A program made the translations under genes and the position numbers. Below are positions 52,053-64,000 of a DNA stretch of 64,000 nucleotides, in pieces. The stretch's first letter is position 1; every line of letters begins with the position of its first letter. A model generated the notes under the pieces. It searched no databases. It worked only from the letters and a program-made list of their open reading frames with translations, and was not told where the DNA came from. The DNA comes from Tubulanus polymorphus (Eukaryota > Animalia > Nemertea): assembly GCF_964204645.1 (NCBI RefSeq), contig NC_134027.1, forward strand, positions 19,678,560 through 19,742,559. The letters are read 5' to 3'.

Positions 52053-53594
52053 AATGAAGAAATCCCACAGTTCGAATTTTAAAATTATACAATCAAATTT
52101 ATTATAATGAAACCACAACGTTTCGGCTGTTGACTAACAGCCATCATCAGGTGGAATGAGCAGAAAAACAAGTAACAAAGCATATAAACTCACAGGATCT
52201 AAAATAGAAGCAGTGTGTCGAAACTAAAGATAAGCAGACCAAGCAATAAAACATCAAGGGGTACCGTAGAAACCACAGCAATTCTAAACAGTTCAGAGTA
52301 AAAACAAATTATGTAACTAAGTGAAGTGGACTGAAGAGGTTAGCGATAACAGAGTGACACATAGTGACATTAACCCAAATCTAATAAAGAGTTGATGTGT
52401 CTGGATAATAATTGATTATGTGGAGAAAAACCAGTATTTAAATTAGTAGATACATTGGATTTCGAAAGCTTACATATTAGGGCTGATTCCACTATGTGTC
52501 TCTTATGAATATCTTTACAAGGATAAATAAGTTTTGGTTGTAAAGACATGATTTGCTATTCCACTCTCAGGCTTTTGGTTGCTGATATGTATTTTGTGTC
52601 CTTTAATACGCTGACTAAGATTACGTCCCGTTTCGCCGATGTACATCATATTACAGTCTTTACATGGTATCTTATAGACCCCGGACTCAATCAGCTCACT
52701 TTTGGGTTTATTTTTGGTTAAAACATTAGTGACTTTGTTATTATACTGAAAGACTAATCTAGTGTCGATGGTGCTTAATGTGGATTTAAAGCGTTCCAAA
52801 GTATGTAAATACGGGATTATAATATTCTTATGAGCTCTGCATTTTGTTATCAGGTCATTACGTCCAAAGTGAGAAATTCGGGCTTTGAAATAAGCTTTGT
52901 TCAAAATTTTGTCTGGATAGGCTAGTTTCTTGAGAGCAGTTCTTATATGTTCGATTTCTTTATCTAAAAACATTTGATCACAAATACGTAGAGCTCGAAG
53001 AAATAATCCTTGGGCTATTCCAATTTTGATGTTCAAAGGAGTAAATGAGAAAAAATGAAGATAAGCTTCAGCATTAGTCGGTTTCCTATATACAGAGAAT
53101 TTCAAATTTGTTTTGAAATTATGAATGAGTACATCGAGAAACGGGATGCAGTTATTTTCTTCCCACTCAAAAGTGAAGTTCAAAGTAGGATATAAAGAGT
53201 TCAAATAATGTAAGAACCCATTCACATTAAAATTGGGGGAAACTGAACAAAGAATATCATCAACGTAACGTCGCCAAATTTTGGGTCTACTTTCGGTGTA
53301 AAGAGGAAGAATTTCACATTCGACATGTTCCAAAAATAAACCAGCTAGAACAGGGGAAAGTGGATTCCCCATAGCCATATCAAAAATCTGTTCAAAAAAG
53401 TTAGAACCAAATTGAAAATATAAGTTTTTTGTACAAAGCTCAATTAAGTCCAAAAGACAATCAACCGGTATGTCAAAATGAAAATCTAAAGTAGGTACCT
53501 TTCTCCTAAGAAAGTCCAAAGTAGGTTCTAAAGGAACATTAGTGAATAAGCTTGCAACATCAAAAGATGTAAATTTATCATGCCCAGGAATAAC
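52053..53594 (-). mobile_element. Second Penelope family copy, 5'-truncated, 14-bp TSD
   Basis: FTSFDVASLFTNVP, MAMGNPLSP, RYVDD, GVYKIPCKDCNMMYIGETGR (ORF 52515-53519). ATTTGGTATGAATA at 52039-52052 and 53595-53608. Confidence 0.92.
52113..52154 (-). ncRNA. Minimal type I hammerhead ribozyme (second Penelope)
   Basis: CCAC-CTGATGA-T-GGCTGTT/AACAGCC-GAAACGTT-GTGG. Confidence 0.85.
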
Positions 53595-56034
53595 ATTTGG
53601 TATGAATATTCTATGGACATAGGCCTATAAAGTTGCTGAGCCATTGTCTGTCTGAAAAATTCCAAACATAATTTTCAGATTTATCATGTTGAAATAATGG
53701 TGGAAAATTAAATCGCTTTTTATTCGAACTTGAGCATGGAAATAACGTGTAGAAAATAACTGCTCTATAAGTCATGCGTATAATCAATACCTTTTGGGGC
53801 CATCGATGTCAGTGTGGGTTGCCTCATCCACAAAGCGAGACTTGACCTTTCTGCTGCAATAATTTGAATGCAAAACACATTATTGTACATGCCAACAAAT
53901 AGATATTGTATTATAAAGTGATGAAATTTTCAATCTATTCTTTTATGATTAAATTGGCGATAGAGATTGTAAATACATTGTATTTTGAATGACCTGTCTC
54001 TCTTTGCAGGGTTTTTGTTTCAGGTACTGCTGACCTGCTTTAATAATGGTGTTAACGTGACCATCTGATTTCTATAATCCTACACTCTCAAGAACCCGTG
54101 GAATACATGCATATAGATTGAAAATTAAAAAAAAAAACCCAAAATATTATTTTGAAACAAAATTTACAAATCAAAAAACTAAAGAGACATGACATTTCAG
54201 ACTTGTAATGGTCACTGGTCACTTCTACATGTAGTGACCATTTTCAAAGTGTTTGTAATAAGAATCTCCTCATATTCGCTCATATGTTGATATCTCATCG
54301 AATATTGTCCCCTTGAAAATTCGGATCTTAAACAAATCATGTTTTTAACTATTGAATTTGATGTAGTTCTTTTAATCATATTATGGATTGCATAGTTACA
54401 CCGGCTACAAATTTCTATTACATTGGATGAATTAACTTTGAATAGTATGATTCAATTAATATGTGAAATGCCAAACCACTAGACTACCTCAGACATGGCC
54501 ACAGGTGTTAAGACACTTGTGTTTATGCTTGGGTCTCTGACCTTGGGTATGTATTTGTTTGTATGATACATTATCTTCGTACGTTATATTGCACTGTGCT
54601 TTTACAATGGCCGTTACATCATTCCATATTGATTTCCAGAAAAATTTACCATGCCAGCCCAATCAATCACAATAGTACGGCGTGGCTTCGATCTTCACAC
54701 AATGTAACCTATACACCGATGAAGGTTGATTATCATAAAGAGGGATTAGATTTGGACGATCAACCCCTTCATACAAAGCCTTTGTAAAATGAATACCCTC
54801 TACCTCTTAACTCATTCACTCCGGAATATCCAAATTCAAAATCGCGCGCAGCATACGGAATTTCCGCCATTTTGATTAACAGGGATTCCCCTCTGGTACT
54901 TACCATGATCAATAGTGTCTGTGACGCGTTGCGTCGGGGCTTCCATGGAATTCCCTCACATAATTTATGATAATAATGTTTACTTGCATTCTGATTGGTT
55001 AAAATCACGTGTAGTTTGAACGTAGGCAGTGTTTACATTTGTGACGTCATGAATGCCGCTTTCAGCGGCTTTCCGTGTGCAACGGTAACGGCGAGCGGCT
55101 TAACATAGTCATTGAGTTAATTAGGCAAAAGTTGACGATTTGAAAAAATAGCAGAAAACTGGGTTGAACCTCACGCCAAAGACTTTCACCTAAATTTAAC
55201 GTCCAAGTAAAAAACAGAAACTTACACTATTTACAAACTCTTTTGTTTTCTCACGCGTGGTGCGTTTCTTCTTTCCTATTCTTGTAGGTTCATTTAGTTT
55301 ATTGTTGAGTGAAAAATTTTCTGATAGGGAGAGTTATCTTGTTATTATTCCGCATAATGAATTATGAATATTTCACGAAGTGAAACAAGATTGAGATACA
55401 TTCCTTGTGCACTGAAATTTTGAATGCTGATACAGCCTACCTCGGATTTAACTAGCAGTTGGGACCAGATAATATATACCGTAGAAACTTCGTTATATCC
55501 GAATGTCATTTAAAACCAAGGGATATCCATGCATTCTTATGGTGTGCATAAAAAAACTTCAATGCGTTGAATGATCATTGAAATAAAATATGAAATGAAA
55601 TAACAAGTTGGTCGAAATAAGAAATGAAATAACAAAGAAAATATAAATCGCACCTTGGTGTTTTAAGTTTAGACAGACAATTTTCCTGAAATCATTTTTT
55701 CACGATTGGACCTATTTAATTCGATTAGCGAGGTACATAAGGGAAGAAATTTTGAACCCGATAATTTTGATTAGATAATACACCTCCCAAAAGTCTTTTA
55801 ACTCCCCGATGTTTAACTACCATAAATCGGCACAAGGACGAATGAAATGTCAATTATTGATCCCTTGTCTCCTAGCTGCGCACACGTGTATGGTGGATAC
55901 ATTATATACAATGCAGGCTTATACTGTATTTAGCGCGTGATAACGTCATAAAGTTGGCTTGCGCAAGCACCAGCAGCTAACAATTTACTACGCAAATCTA
56001 CTTTGCTGGATTTTGGATAACAAAACTGTCTGCT

Positions 56035-56702
56035 ATGATGCGAGTCTGCTGGTCAATCAAGGGTTACCACATCTACAGACGTCGACCAACTGTGGGTACA
56101 GAGCTGATTGTATATCCTGAAGTCGGAAACAAACACGAAAAGGATGCGATGATTGTAAAGACAGTAAATGACAAGATTGTCGGAAGAGTGCCAGCCAACC
56201 TGTGTCGAGTCTTCGCACTCATGTTACAAGCCGGATACACAGATGAAGTCACCTGGTACGGTATTATTTAAAAAAAATTTATTTTGGTTTTTATCAGCGC
56301 AAGGGGTCGGGTACAATAGGCCCTAATGATCCAAATGTGTTCTAGTATTTTTGCAGATGTCAAACATGTAGACACATACGTTATCATTATCAATTAACAT
56401 GAATTGATAATAATGTAATGTCTATTTTTTATTGACAGATCCTGACAGGTCCTGTCACACTATGTTTATTAATACCACTTTTCTTTTATAATTTCAGCGT
56501 CTACACAGAGGAAGTGTTTTCCAGAAAAAAGAAGTTTACATCATATCGCAGATCAAGAAGTGGAAGAATGGATCGTGAAGGTGGAGGAATGGAACTTGCA
56601 TGCGAATCCACTGCCGAATACAATTTTGAAGATAGGGGAAACATTCAGGAAATAATCAACAAGAACATTAAGAATTTAGATTTGGAGAAAATTAATCTAT
56701 AG
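56035..56702 (+). CDS. Stand-alone HIRAN-domain protein, 2 exons (56035-56255, 56498-56702), 141 aa
   Basis: IKGYHIY...GTELIVYPEVGNKHEKDAMIV...VGRVPA...C|VYT...GGGMELAC. The GT-AG intron restores an uninterrupted frame. Confidence 0.7.
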
Positions 56703-56780
56703 TGTAATACATGCACATGAATTTATTCTTGAAATAAAGTACATGTAGCTTACATATTCAATTAGGCATACATTAAAATA

Positions 56781-57660
56781 TTACGCGCCTTGAAAAAAGT
56801 CTGTGATAGTGGATTGCTTTGCTCTTTTAGGTATCTCTGTCATTACGAGCGATTCGAACTTCATTGCCATCCCCAAGTATGATTCGACGTCAATATTTTC
56901 GCAACTTAGACAGAATCTTCGCACGATGTCGATGGCGGCATTGACTTCTTTCGTTGATGGGACTGCATTGGGCTCTGGAGTCGGAATTTCATCATCGGAA
57001 GAGGATTCCTTATCTAAAGCTACTCCATAAATTTCGGAATTCGTTGTCAACTGTTTGTGAATCATCAGTGCTATTCTGGTTCGCATCACCTTCCGTCGAT
57101 GACGAAAACAGTGAGTCGTGTCTTGGGCTGTTTTTCCCGTGATGCTTCTCTCCTATGAAGCCCAGCCTATTTTCCGGGAGCATCTGCCAGAATACCCCGG
57201 TCTCGTAAGCGTTATAAATATTTTTGGGCAAATAACGTTCGAGCAAGTATTTTAGTTTTCCATTTTTCCGCTCAGAAACTACTTTGTTATTGACGCCGGC
57301 TGATTCTCCACACTTTGAAACTTGATCAATCCCGTATCTTTTTTAAAATCTGTCAATCCATGAGGCAGACATGGTTTCTGTATATCCGAATTCCAAAGCA
57401 AAATCTCGTGCTTTACTCAGTAAGGCATCACCATCAATTCTAATGTCCGGCAAAGATGATTTCTGTTTGAACCATAAATACAGAGCGGCAGCAACATCTT
57501 CATATTGAGGTTTACGAGCCCGTTTAATTTTTCCCTTTCTAGCATCATCAGGAGATTCAACGACTTTAAAGATCTGTTCCCGCTGTTTTATGAAACCTCG
57601 GTGCAACATCCTTTTTCTTTTCTTGATAACTAATCACCTTTCTTTTTATAGAAGCCATTG
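56781..57660 (-). pseudogene. pogo/Tigger transposase, frameshifted, most of the DDE domain deleted
   Basis: CENP-B HTH DVAAALYLWF...SASWIDRF, IYNAYETGVFWQMLP and C-terminal KQSTITDFF. Confidence 0.85.
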
Positions 57661-60419
57661 TAGTGCTTTAAAACTCAACTGATGCGAGGTGTGACAGTCG
57701 TTTGACGACACAGTCATTGAACTCTGAGAATTGCGGGTGTGTCGGCAGGTCACAGTGGGTTAACATACAGTACCCCCATATGCCATCTATCTGACTTCCA
57801 ATGAAGTTCAAATAGCTTGCGTGTATGCCTGGTAGCCCTGGTAACAGTTAGCGTGCGTGAAATCTATCTAGGCCAGCACACCCGCCTTGATATGCCTATA
57901 TGTGAGTTTTGTGATGGAAAATATCGATCACTCGACATGGCTCGAGTGCGTACAGTAGTAGGGATATTGCATTGTACTAACATTTTCGATTTTAACTGTT
58001 ATATTTTTTTAGATTTTTGCGATTCGTTGTATGCGAGGATAATTACGTGATTTGACTAATTGGGACCAAATAATTTATACGATATAAGCGATCTACGATA
58101 TAAAAATTACAGTATATTCGAGGTCTTTTTAAGGCCTAATAGAAGGAAACAAGAAAATTAACTTTAATAAATTATTTGACGCCCGCGAAAAAATGTAGAA
58201 TTTCTGGTATAAGCTAATGTGGAATTGCAAATTTGAAATCGAAGTTTTAAGAAATTTCGGGAATTATGAGATTTGGCGATTGGGTAGATGATACAGTCTT
58301 CGACTGGTCTAATTTTAAAAAAAATTGTCAACTTGTGACTTCGATTCACTTTTGCCTCTAAGCTGGTCTGCAACTTCATTGCCTCCATGGTTAAAGAAAG
58401 AGCTCTTCTGATGCCTGCTTCATCATGACTTGAGCATATAGCGTGTAGCCAGCCAGCCCGGTCCTGGGGCCCGGTCTGGCTGTCACTTGATATCCTAGAC
58501 TTGAGTCTGGGTAGAAGTAGACATTGTCATATAATTAACTTATTCATGTTATTCTGTATGAATTACCCGTGTGTCTTGTATTTTCTTATTTTAAAATTTG
58601 TAAATGTATTGATTTTTGGAATTTTATCCCGGAATTTCAATGTAATAAGGATCAATAAAGTATTGAATTTAATTGTCATCTTATACACATGCCATCAGTG
58701 GACGCGGAGCCGTATATGACAGCTATGCTATTATAAATTGCTAATCTCATGAAACCTGCATACGTCTAATATCGAACATATTTTCTAAAACATTTGAATA
58801 TTGAAATTATATGTTTACACGTTTTTATATAGACCGCTTGTAGCCGCCGATGAAATTCACGCCGGCCCAACTCAGATTGTAGATAGCTTCGTCATTCCAC
58901 TAGCATCCCCATGTCAGGGTCTGACTTTTATATCAGACTTCCAAATCGTGTATACATCCGCCATTTAACCGAATAATCCGATTTACTTATCATTTCTATT
59001 TATCCCTGCCGCCCCTGATATAATCATACATCCTTTACTATTACAATACGTCTTCTCGTGATATTCAATGCGATATAACATTTCAACGTTCAAATAGAGG
59101 TCATTACATAATCCCAGGGAGCCATTCTACATCTTTATCAATAATATTTTGCCAAATAGCTTGTATGTGTACACATAAACCTGTGACGTTTTGCACATCG
59201 ATTTACGGTTGTCGTTTGTAAAATGACGCTGAATGGTTATCATTGTTTAGGTTTCATAATGGTAACGTTTTATAAGGCGTCAAAAAATTGGGACCTGGGA
59301 AATAATACGATATAAGTAAATCTACGGTATATCCAACGACGTTACATCCGAGGTAGACTGTACTCACCAATATATTTTTTCATCACTGGGCCATTTTTGA
59401 GGCTTTTACTAGCTTCTTTGCAGCCAAACAAGCGGAACTCACATCTGTGTTTTGTCTCCATTGGAACGAATCAATCGGTGTACTCATTAAATGAGAGGCT
59501 CGTTTGACAGGCGTACAGGGAGATGGGAATGTTTGAACATTTGTCTCTTTGAAACTTCGTTTCTTGGGCGTATTGCAATGATTGCCCCTCGAAGCTGGAG
59601 GAATGGCTATAGTGGCCATAATTCTGATTTCAGATTTTTAATGACTGACCGGATGCTCGTGCTGTGTTTCATTTGCACTTAGACATATAGGCAGATAATT
59701 ACTTTGAACCTCATGGTCATCATATTCTTCATATACATTATAAGTTATTTCAAAAGAATTCTTTTCTTGACAAACTCTGCTGCATCAACAGACCAGTTAT
59801 TATTTCATTCTGAATAATCATTCAAAGCGCTCTTGCAGCATTATAACCAAAAATGAATTCATCCAGAGTTAACAGTCCATTTCAAACTATTTTTGATAAC
59901 AATGAAAATTGGTTGAATGTTTTGGAGTGTTGTGACGCAGATTGTTTGAGGCTACGTGGATACGAAGTGGTGAGTGAGGAAGACAATGAACATGAAATTG
60001 TTTTTTTCTCCTTGTAGAATAAAGATATTACTTAAAACTGTCCAACGGAAAGCGATCCTTTTAATGTTGTCGCCTGCCAAATGAAAGAAAGAGATTTCAA
60101 AAATGCTTGTCGACTGGCAATATTGAAGGCACTCAGTGTTTCCCAACCTCGCCATTTACCATTCATGCAAGGGAGAATTTTGCCTAAAAATGATGGATGG
60201 GGGAGGAATGACAATCAGTATGTTACTGCACCAGAAATCGTGAATATGGTATGTAGTGATTACCAATCATCATTCACATATAAACAACAAGTATTGGCAA
60301 ACAAAACATTCATTATCAGACTAACAAAATATTTTCCGTTTCAGGTTTTAGATCACATTAATCATATGAACTGACAGAGACTCACTATGGTTGTACTTAA
60401 ACAAACAATAAATATCTAC

Positions 60420-61520
60420 CATCCCATCTTAATGTGGTAGAACTATACAAGGGATTTTTATGACAAACGGATCCACTAGCTCATCACCGTCCAGTAACAC
60501 TGTCCATCTACAGGAAAATTTTCAATAAAATGAACCTTTCTCTTTTTCTATCAACGTTCTGAGTTCTTGTAATGTCGATACAGTAGATTCAGTGAGTGAT
60601 TTGTGTATTTAGACGGTTCGACAGTTTTATCATGATTAAAGAAACCAGCCCTAGAAATCGCGGTAATATTCCTCTGATTTTCCTAATGAGATCACACCCC
60701 GAGTATGACTTTCCAGTACATCATTAAAACGCATATCTACGTTCGATTCTGGCCTTGGTGTATCCAAAAGTGCTCTCATACGGGCATTTATGATTTTATG
60801 ATTTTGCCCATACCCTTTTGTCAAGAGTTCAAGAGATTGTTTGTGATTGTTGTTCAACAGTGATAGTCCCGATATCGTTTGCTTGCTTCGTCATCGAGTC
60901 GAGCTTGAAGATATTGAAATTGTTTTGGTTGTCCGTAGGCTGGTTGTTGTCGTGTACTGCCAATTTAAATGCGTCGATTCGTGATATCTCCGTTCAATTT
61001 GGGTCATTGAAGTTTCTGTAATTTTGTGTTCTGGTGATGTTGCGTTGGCGTCAGCATGCGGATTGAATTTGGTCTGGAACTGGAATGAGGCTTGCTCACG
61101 TTGAAGTGAACCACGGCTATTTTTTGTTCACTTTGGTATTAAAATCATCTGCATCCGCTTTCGTGATTTCCAGATTGGCGTTGCTAGTTGATGATTTCCT
61201 CGTTCGATATACGCTGATTTTCCCTCTGATTTTGTTGAGTAGAGCTGATTTCTTGTCTTATGGTTTGTTTGCGCTGTGTAGTTGATCATCCGTTGTTCAT
61301 AGTTTCGTCGATTGATTGGTGAAGTTTTAACAGCATTCGTATCATCATCTATCCTGGTAACGGCACCAAAATGTGGTTATGCACAGCATGATAAGTTTTA
61401 GAGAAGATGACAAAATAGCGATATAGAGATAGACAATATATGCTGTACTGAACTTTATTGCACAAGACAATGAGGCATGAACAAGAGTACGTGCTTAATA
61501 GGACATATGGTCATTCAGTA
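60420..61520 (-). mobile_element. BEL/Pao LTR retrotransposon 5' remnant (LTR end, PBS, gag)
   Basis: LTR end ACA followed by TTTTGGTGCCGTTACCAGGAT (tRNA-His-type PBS, 61351-61368). gag fragments DAFKLAVHDN and LELLTKGYGQNHKIINARMRALL...LESHTRG..SLG. Confidence 0.75.
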
Positions 61521-61984
61521 CTAAAGTCTATCCCAGTGGTTATGACCGCAGCATTTCACTCTCAAAGAGCCAGTATCAACAACAATTTAATTGATACTAA
61601 CAGCTGTAAGTGGCAAAACTCACACTGAGCATCGCCGGTCCCAGCTGCTTGTTACTATGGTTACCGGCAAGAGTGAATAAAGAGCAAAACTTTTCCAAAC
61701 TTACCCACGAAAATAAAGAAATAAGCTGTTAAATTTCAGTTTTGAAGTCTTGTTGCATTCAAGAGTGAATATTTTCGCAGTATACTGAAGTCAGTGTTTA
61801 CATTACCAAGTATCAGAACTAATTTCCAAGTTGAGAGATAATATTAAGACTTTAGACGGTGTTTTCAAGCAAAATATTATCACACGACTCTTCCAGATAA
61901 CGATTATAAGTAAATCCAGTCCACGAATATATATTAGACATTTGTAAAAGTAATATTGTATCCATGGACTCTGAAGAGACGAAA

Positions 61985-63100
61985 TTAATCCACAAAAGCT
62001 TGAATTCCAAGAGTGTTTATATCGTAATCGTAATCCCAGGACTCCCCCCAGTCACTTGCATTAGAATCTGACTGGTCTGTGTCACTGTCTCCAAGATGAA
62101 TAATAAACTTCTCAATCACTGTATCTAAGATTCCTTCGAGCACGATCATTTCATCTTCAACTTTGATGACATGATTGATATATTTGAGCCAGTCTGCCGC
62201 AGTAACACCATCAATCGCTTCCATCAGCAAAATTTTCACGTCATCCAATTTAAAAGTAGTATCGTTTGATGAATAATACGATTTGATTTTAGCCCAAATC
62301 ATCTCATTGGGTTTCAGTTTGCAGGGGTACGGAGGCAGTCTTAAAACATGGTGTCGATTTTCATCAGCCAGAACATCTATTCTATAGGATGATAGATATT
62401 GTGGTTTGCGCTGAAGAATCTTTTTGTATAAGACTGGCTTCGGCATATCAGGAGCCCAAAAAATTGATTTTGACCTGAGCCAGACTTGCATGTCTTCTTA
62501 GCTGGAATTCGCTCAGTTTGCACAAAATGGTAGCTGGCATTGTCCATAACGATAACACTATTCGGAGGCAGCTTTGGTAATAATTTCGCCGTGAACCAGC
62601 GCTCAAAATTGTCTCCATTCATGTCTTGGTGGCATTCAGCATTTTTTCCACCAGATTTAAACACTAAATCAGCCACATCAACGAATCCATCAGTGCTGCC
62701 AACTTGTAGAATGATTAGTCCTTTTCCAGTAGGGTCTTTCAAACTGCACGACAGTCCATTATTTTTGTGTCGTACCATATCTTATCTGGAACTGATCCTG
62801 CATTTAACCAAGTCTCGTGCAAATAATATATATTTCTACCTTCACACCTGAATTGTTATACGTCCCTTAGATATTTATAGTGCCAGCTTACGATTTCATC
62901 CTTTCAATCAGTAGAGAATACCTGCTTCTTTTTGGTTTACCTTTGTCATCGATATGATGTTGGCATTGAGCCAATTCATGTAAAATCGCGGTACGTTTTT
63001 TATGTGAGCATTTGTTTTATTGGTTCTCGGTTTAAACGACGTATAATCGATGCGATTGAAGACATGGCGAACCTCCATCGATGACATGGTCAACTGAGTT
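61985..63100 (-). pseudogene. Tc1/IS630-like DDE transposase, frameshifted
   Basis: IYYLHETWLNAG, YHxxM-like CHQDMNGDNFERWF, VIVMDNASYH and LRLPPYPCKLKPNEMIWAKIK. Confidence 0.85.
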
Positions 63101-64000
63101 AAAATTCTACGAAAAGCTGTTTTTGGCGGAAAAATTCTTAGCTCTCGCGTATGAAATTGCAATGACCTCGATTGGGGGGCGTCGTCTCTACGAGCGAATG
63201 GGATTGGCTGTTTCGGGGATATACGGGGAATACACGGAGAATTTCCGGCGCTACTAAAATAATTATGGGAAAGCCATAGAATGGCTTACGTTTCATTTAG
63301 GAGCCGTATACGTGCGAATTTCAAATTCTCATTGCTGGTGAGGATGTAGTTATTTCACACATCTGCCATAGGTATTGTTTCATTTTAATACTTGGTAATT
63401 GTTTTGATTGACATTGAAGTGTAATCAAACATTCACTTACACGAGGCCTCCACGTGTGCGGAGTGCTACACGACACACACACACAAGCTCGGACAGTACA
63501 CTACTAAAGGTGATGCTGTAACGTGTGCACGTTTGACATGAAAATAGGCTGAATAATCGCAGCAGAAGATGGGCGCTGTTTTCTGTTTTATAGAATTAGT
63601 AATAAATTGTAATTTCTTGTGACCTGAAAATATTAAGCAGCAAACTACTAGTATAGTTCGAGGTCTGAATAATGTAGTGGTAAATTCCAGGATTTAAAAC
63701 GATCTAATAGCCGATTTCTTCTGTACCGGTATTTTAACTTCCGCGGCCAACATTGGAAAAGGTTTCCAAGACCCAATATTCAGCCACTGATATGTGACAT
63801 CATATGAATTTTAGGCCATCCCATATTAATGGTCTGTTTGCCGTAACCCGACCGACCCGAATTCAAAGGGACCGAGTGAAAACTTTTTTTCTGCGATTCA
63901 TTGTAATAAATTTTTTTTTTGATAAAAAGGGCCGACCGACCGACCCGACTATGAGCTACGTATGTTTGAATTCAAGTGTGCATCGTGTGAAAACATGCCT

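Larger units (their letters stand above)
48629..53645 (+). repeat. About 140-150-bp tandem repeat array interrupted by two Penelope insertions
   Basis: GGCCTATAAAGTT.C.GAGCCATT at 48629, 51776, 51913 and 53622. Confidence 0.8.
55433..59360. mobile_element. pogo/Tigger-like DNA transposon with TA TSD, carrying a HIRAN gene
   Basis: TA|CAGCCTACCTCGGATTTAAC ... GTTACATCCGAGGTAGACTG|TA, with CENP-B-type transposase remnants inside. Confidence 0.85.

Overview
Animal (invertebrate-looking) nuclear DNA dominated by transposable elements. It holds one intact host gene, a 9-exon GPI-transamidase subunit PIG-T (11553-28842, +, 583 aa by my splice model). Bases 1-7377 are the decayed end of an AT-rich Polinton/Maverick (adintovirus-like) element with penton-like, C2H2 zinc-finger, VLTF3-like and protein-primed PolB genes. 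The standout is a 355-codon intein with a LAGLIDADG homing endonuclease (2465-3529, -) sitting inside the catalytic YxD|TDS motif of that pPolB; from memory it closely resembles giant-virus PolB inteins. The rest is nested TEs: a LINE split by a MULE-like TIR element and by the Polinton, a 590-bp hairpin upstream of PIG-T, hAT/Sola/MULE-like non-autonomous elements, Helentron-like repeats carrying satellites, a Kolobok-like remnant, two Copia remnants, an inverted Penelope dimer plus a second Penelope (all with hammerhead ribozymes), a pogo element carrying an intact spliced HIRAN gene, and BEL/Pao and Tc1/IS630 remnants. Family assignments come from motif recognition by eye; no database searches were run.
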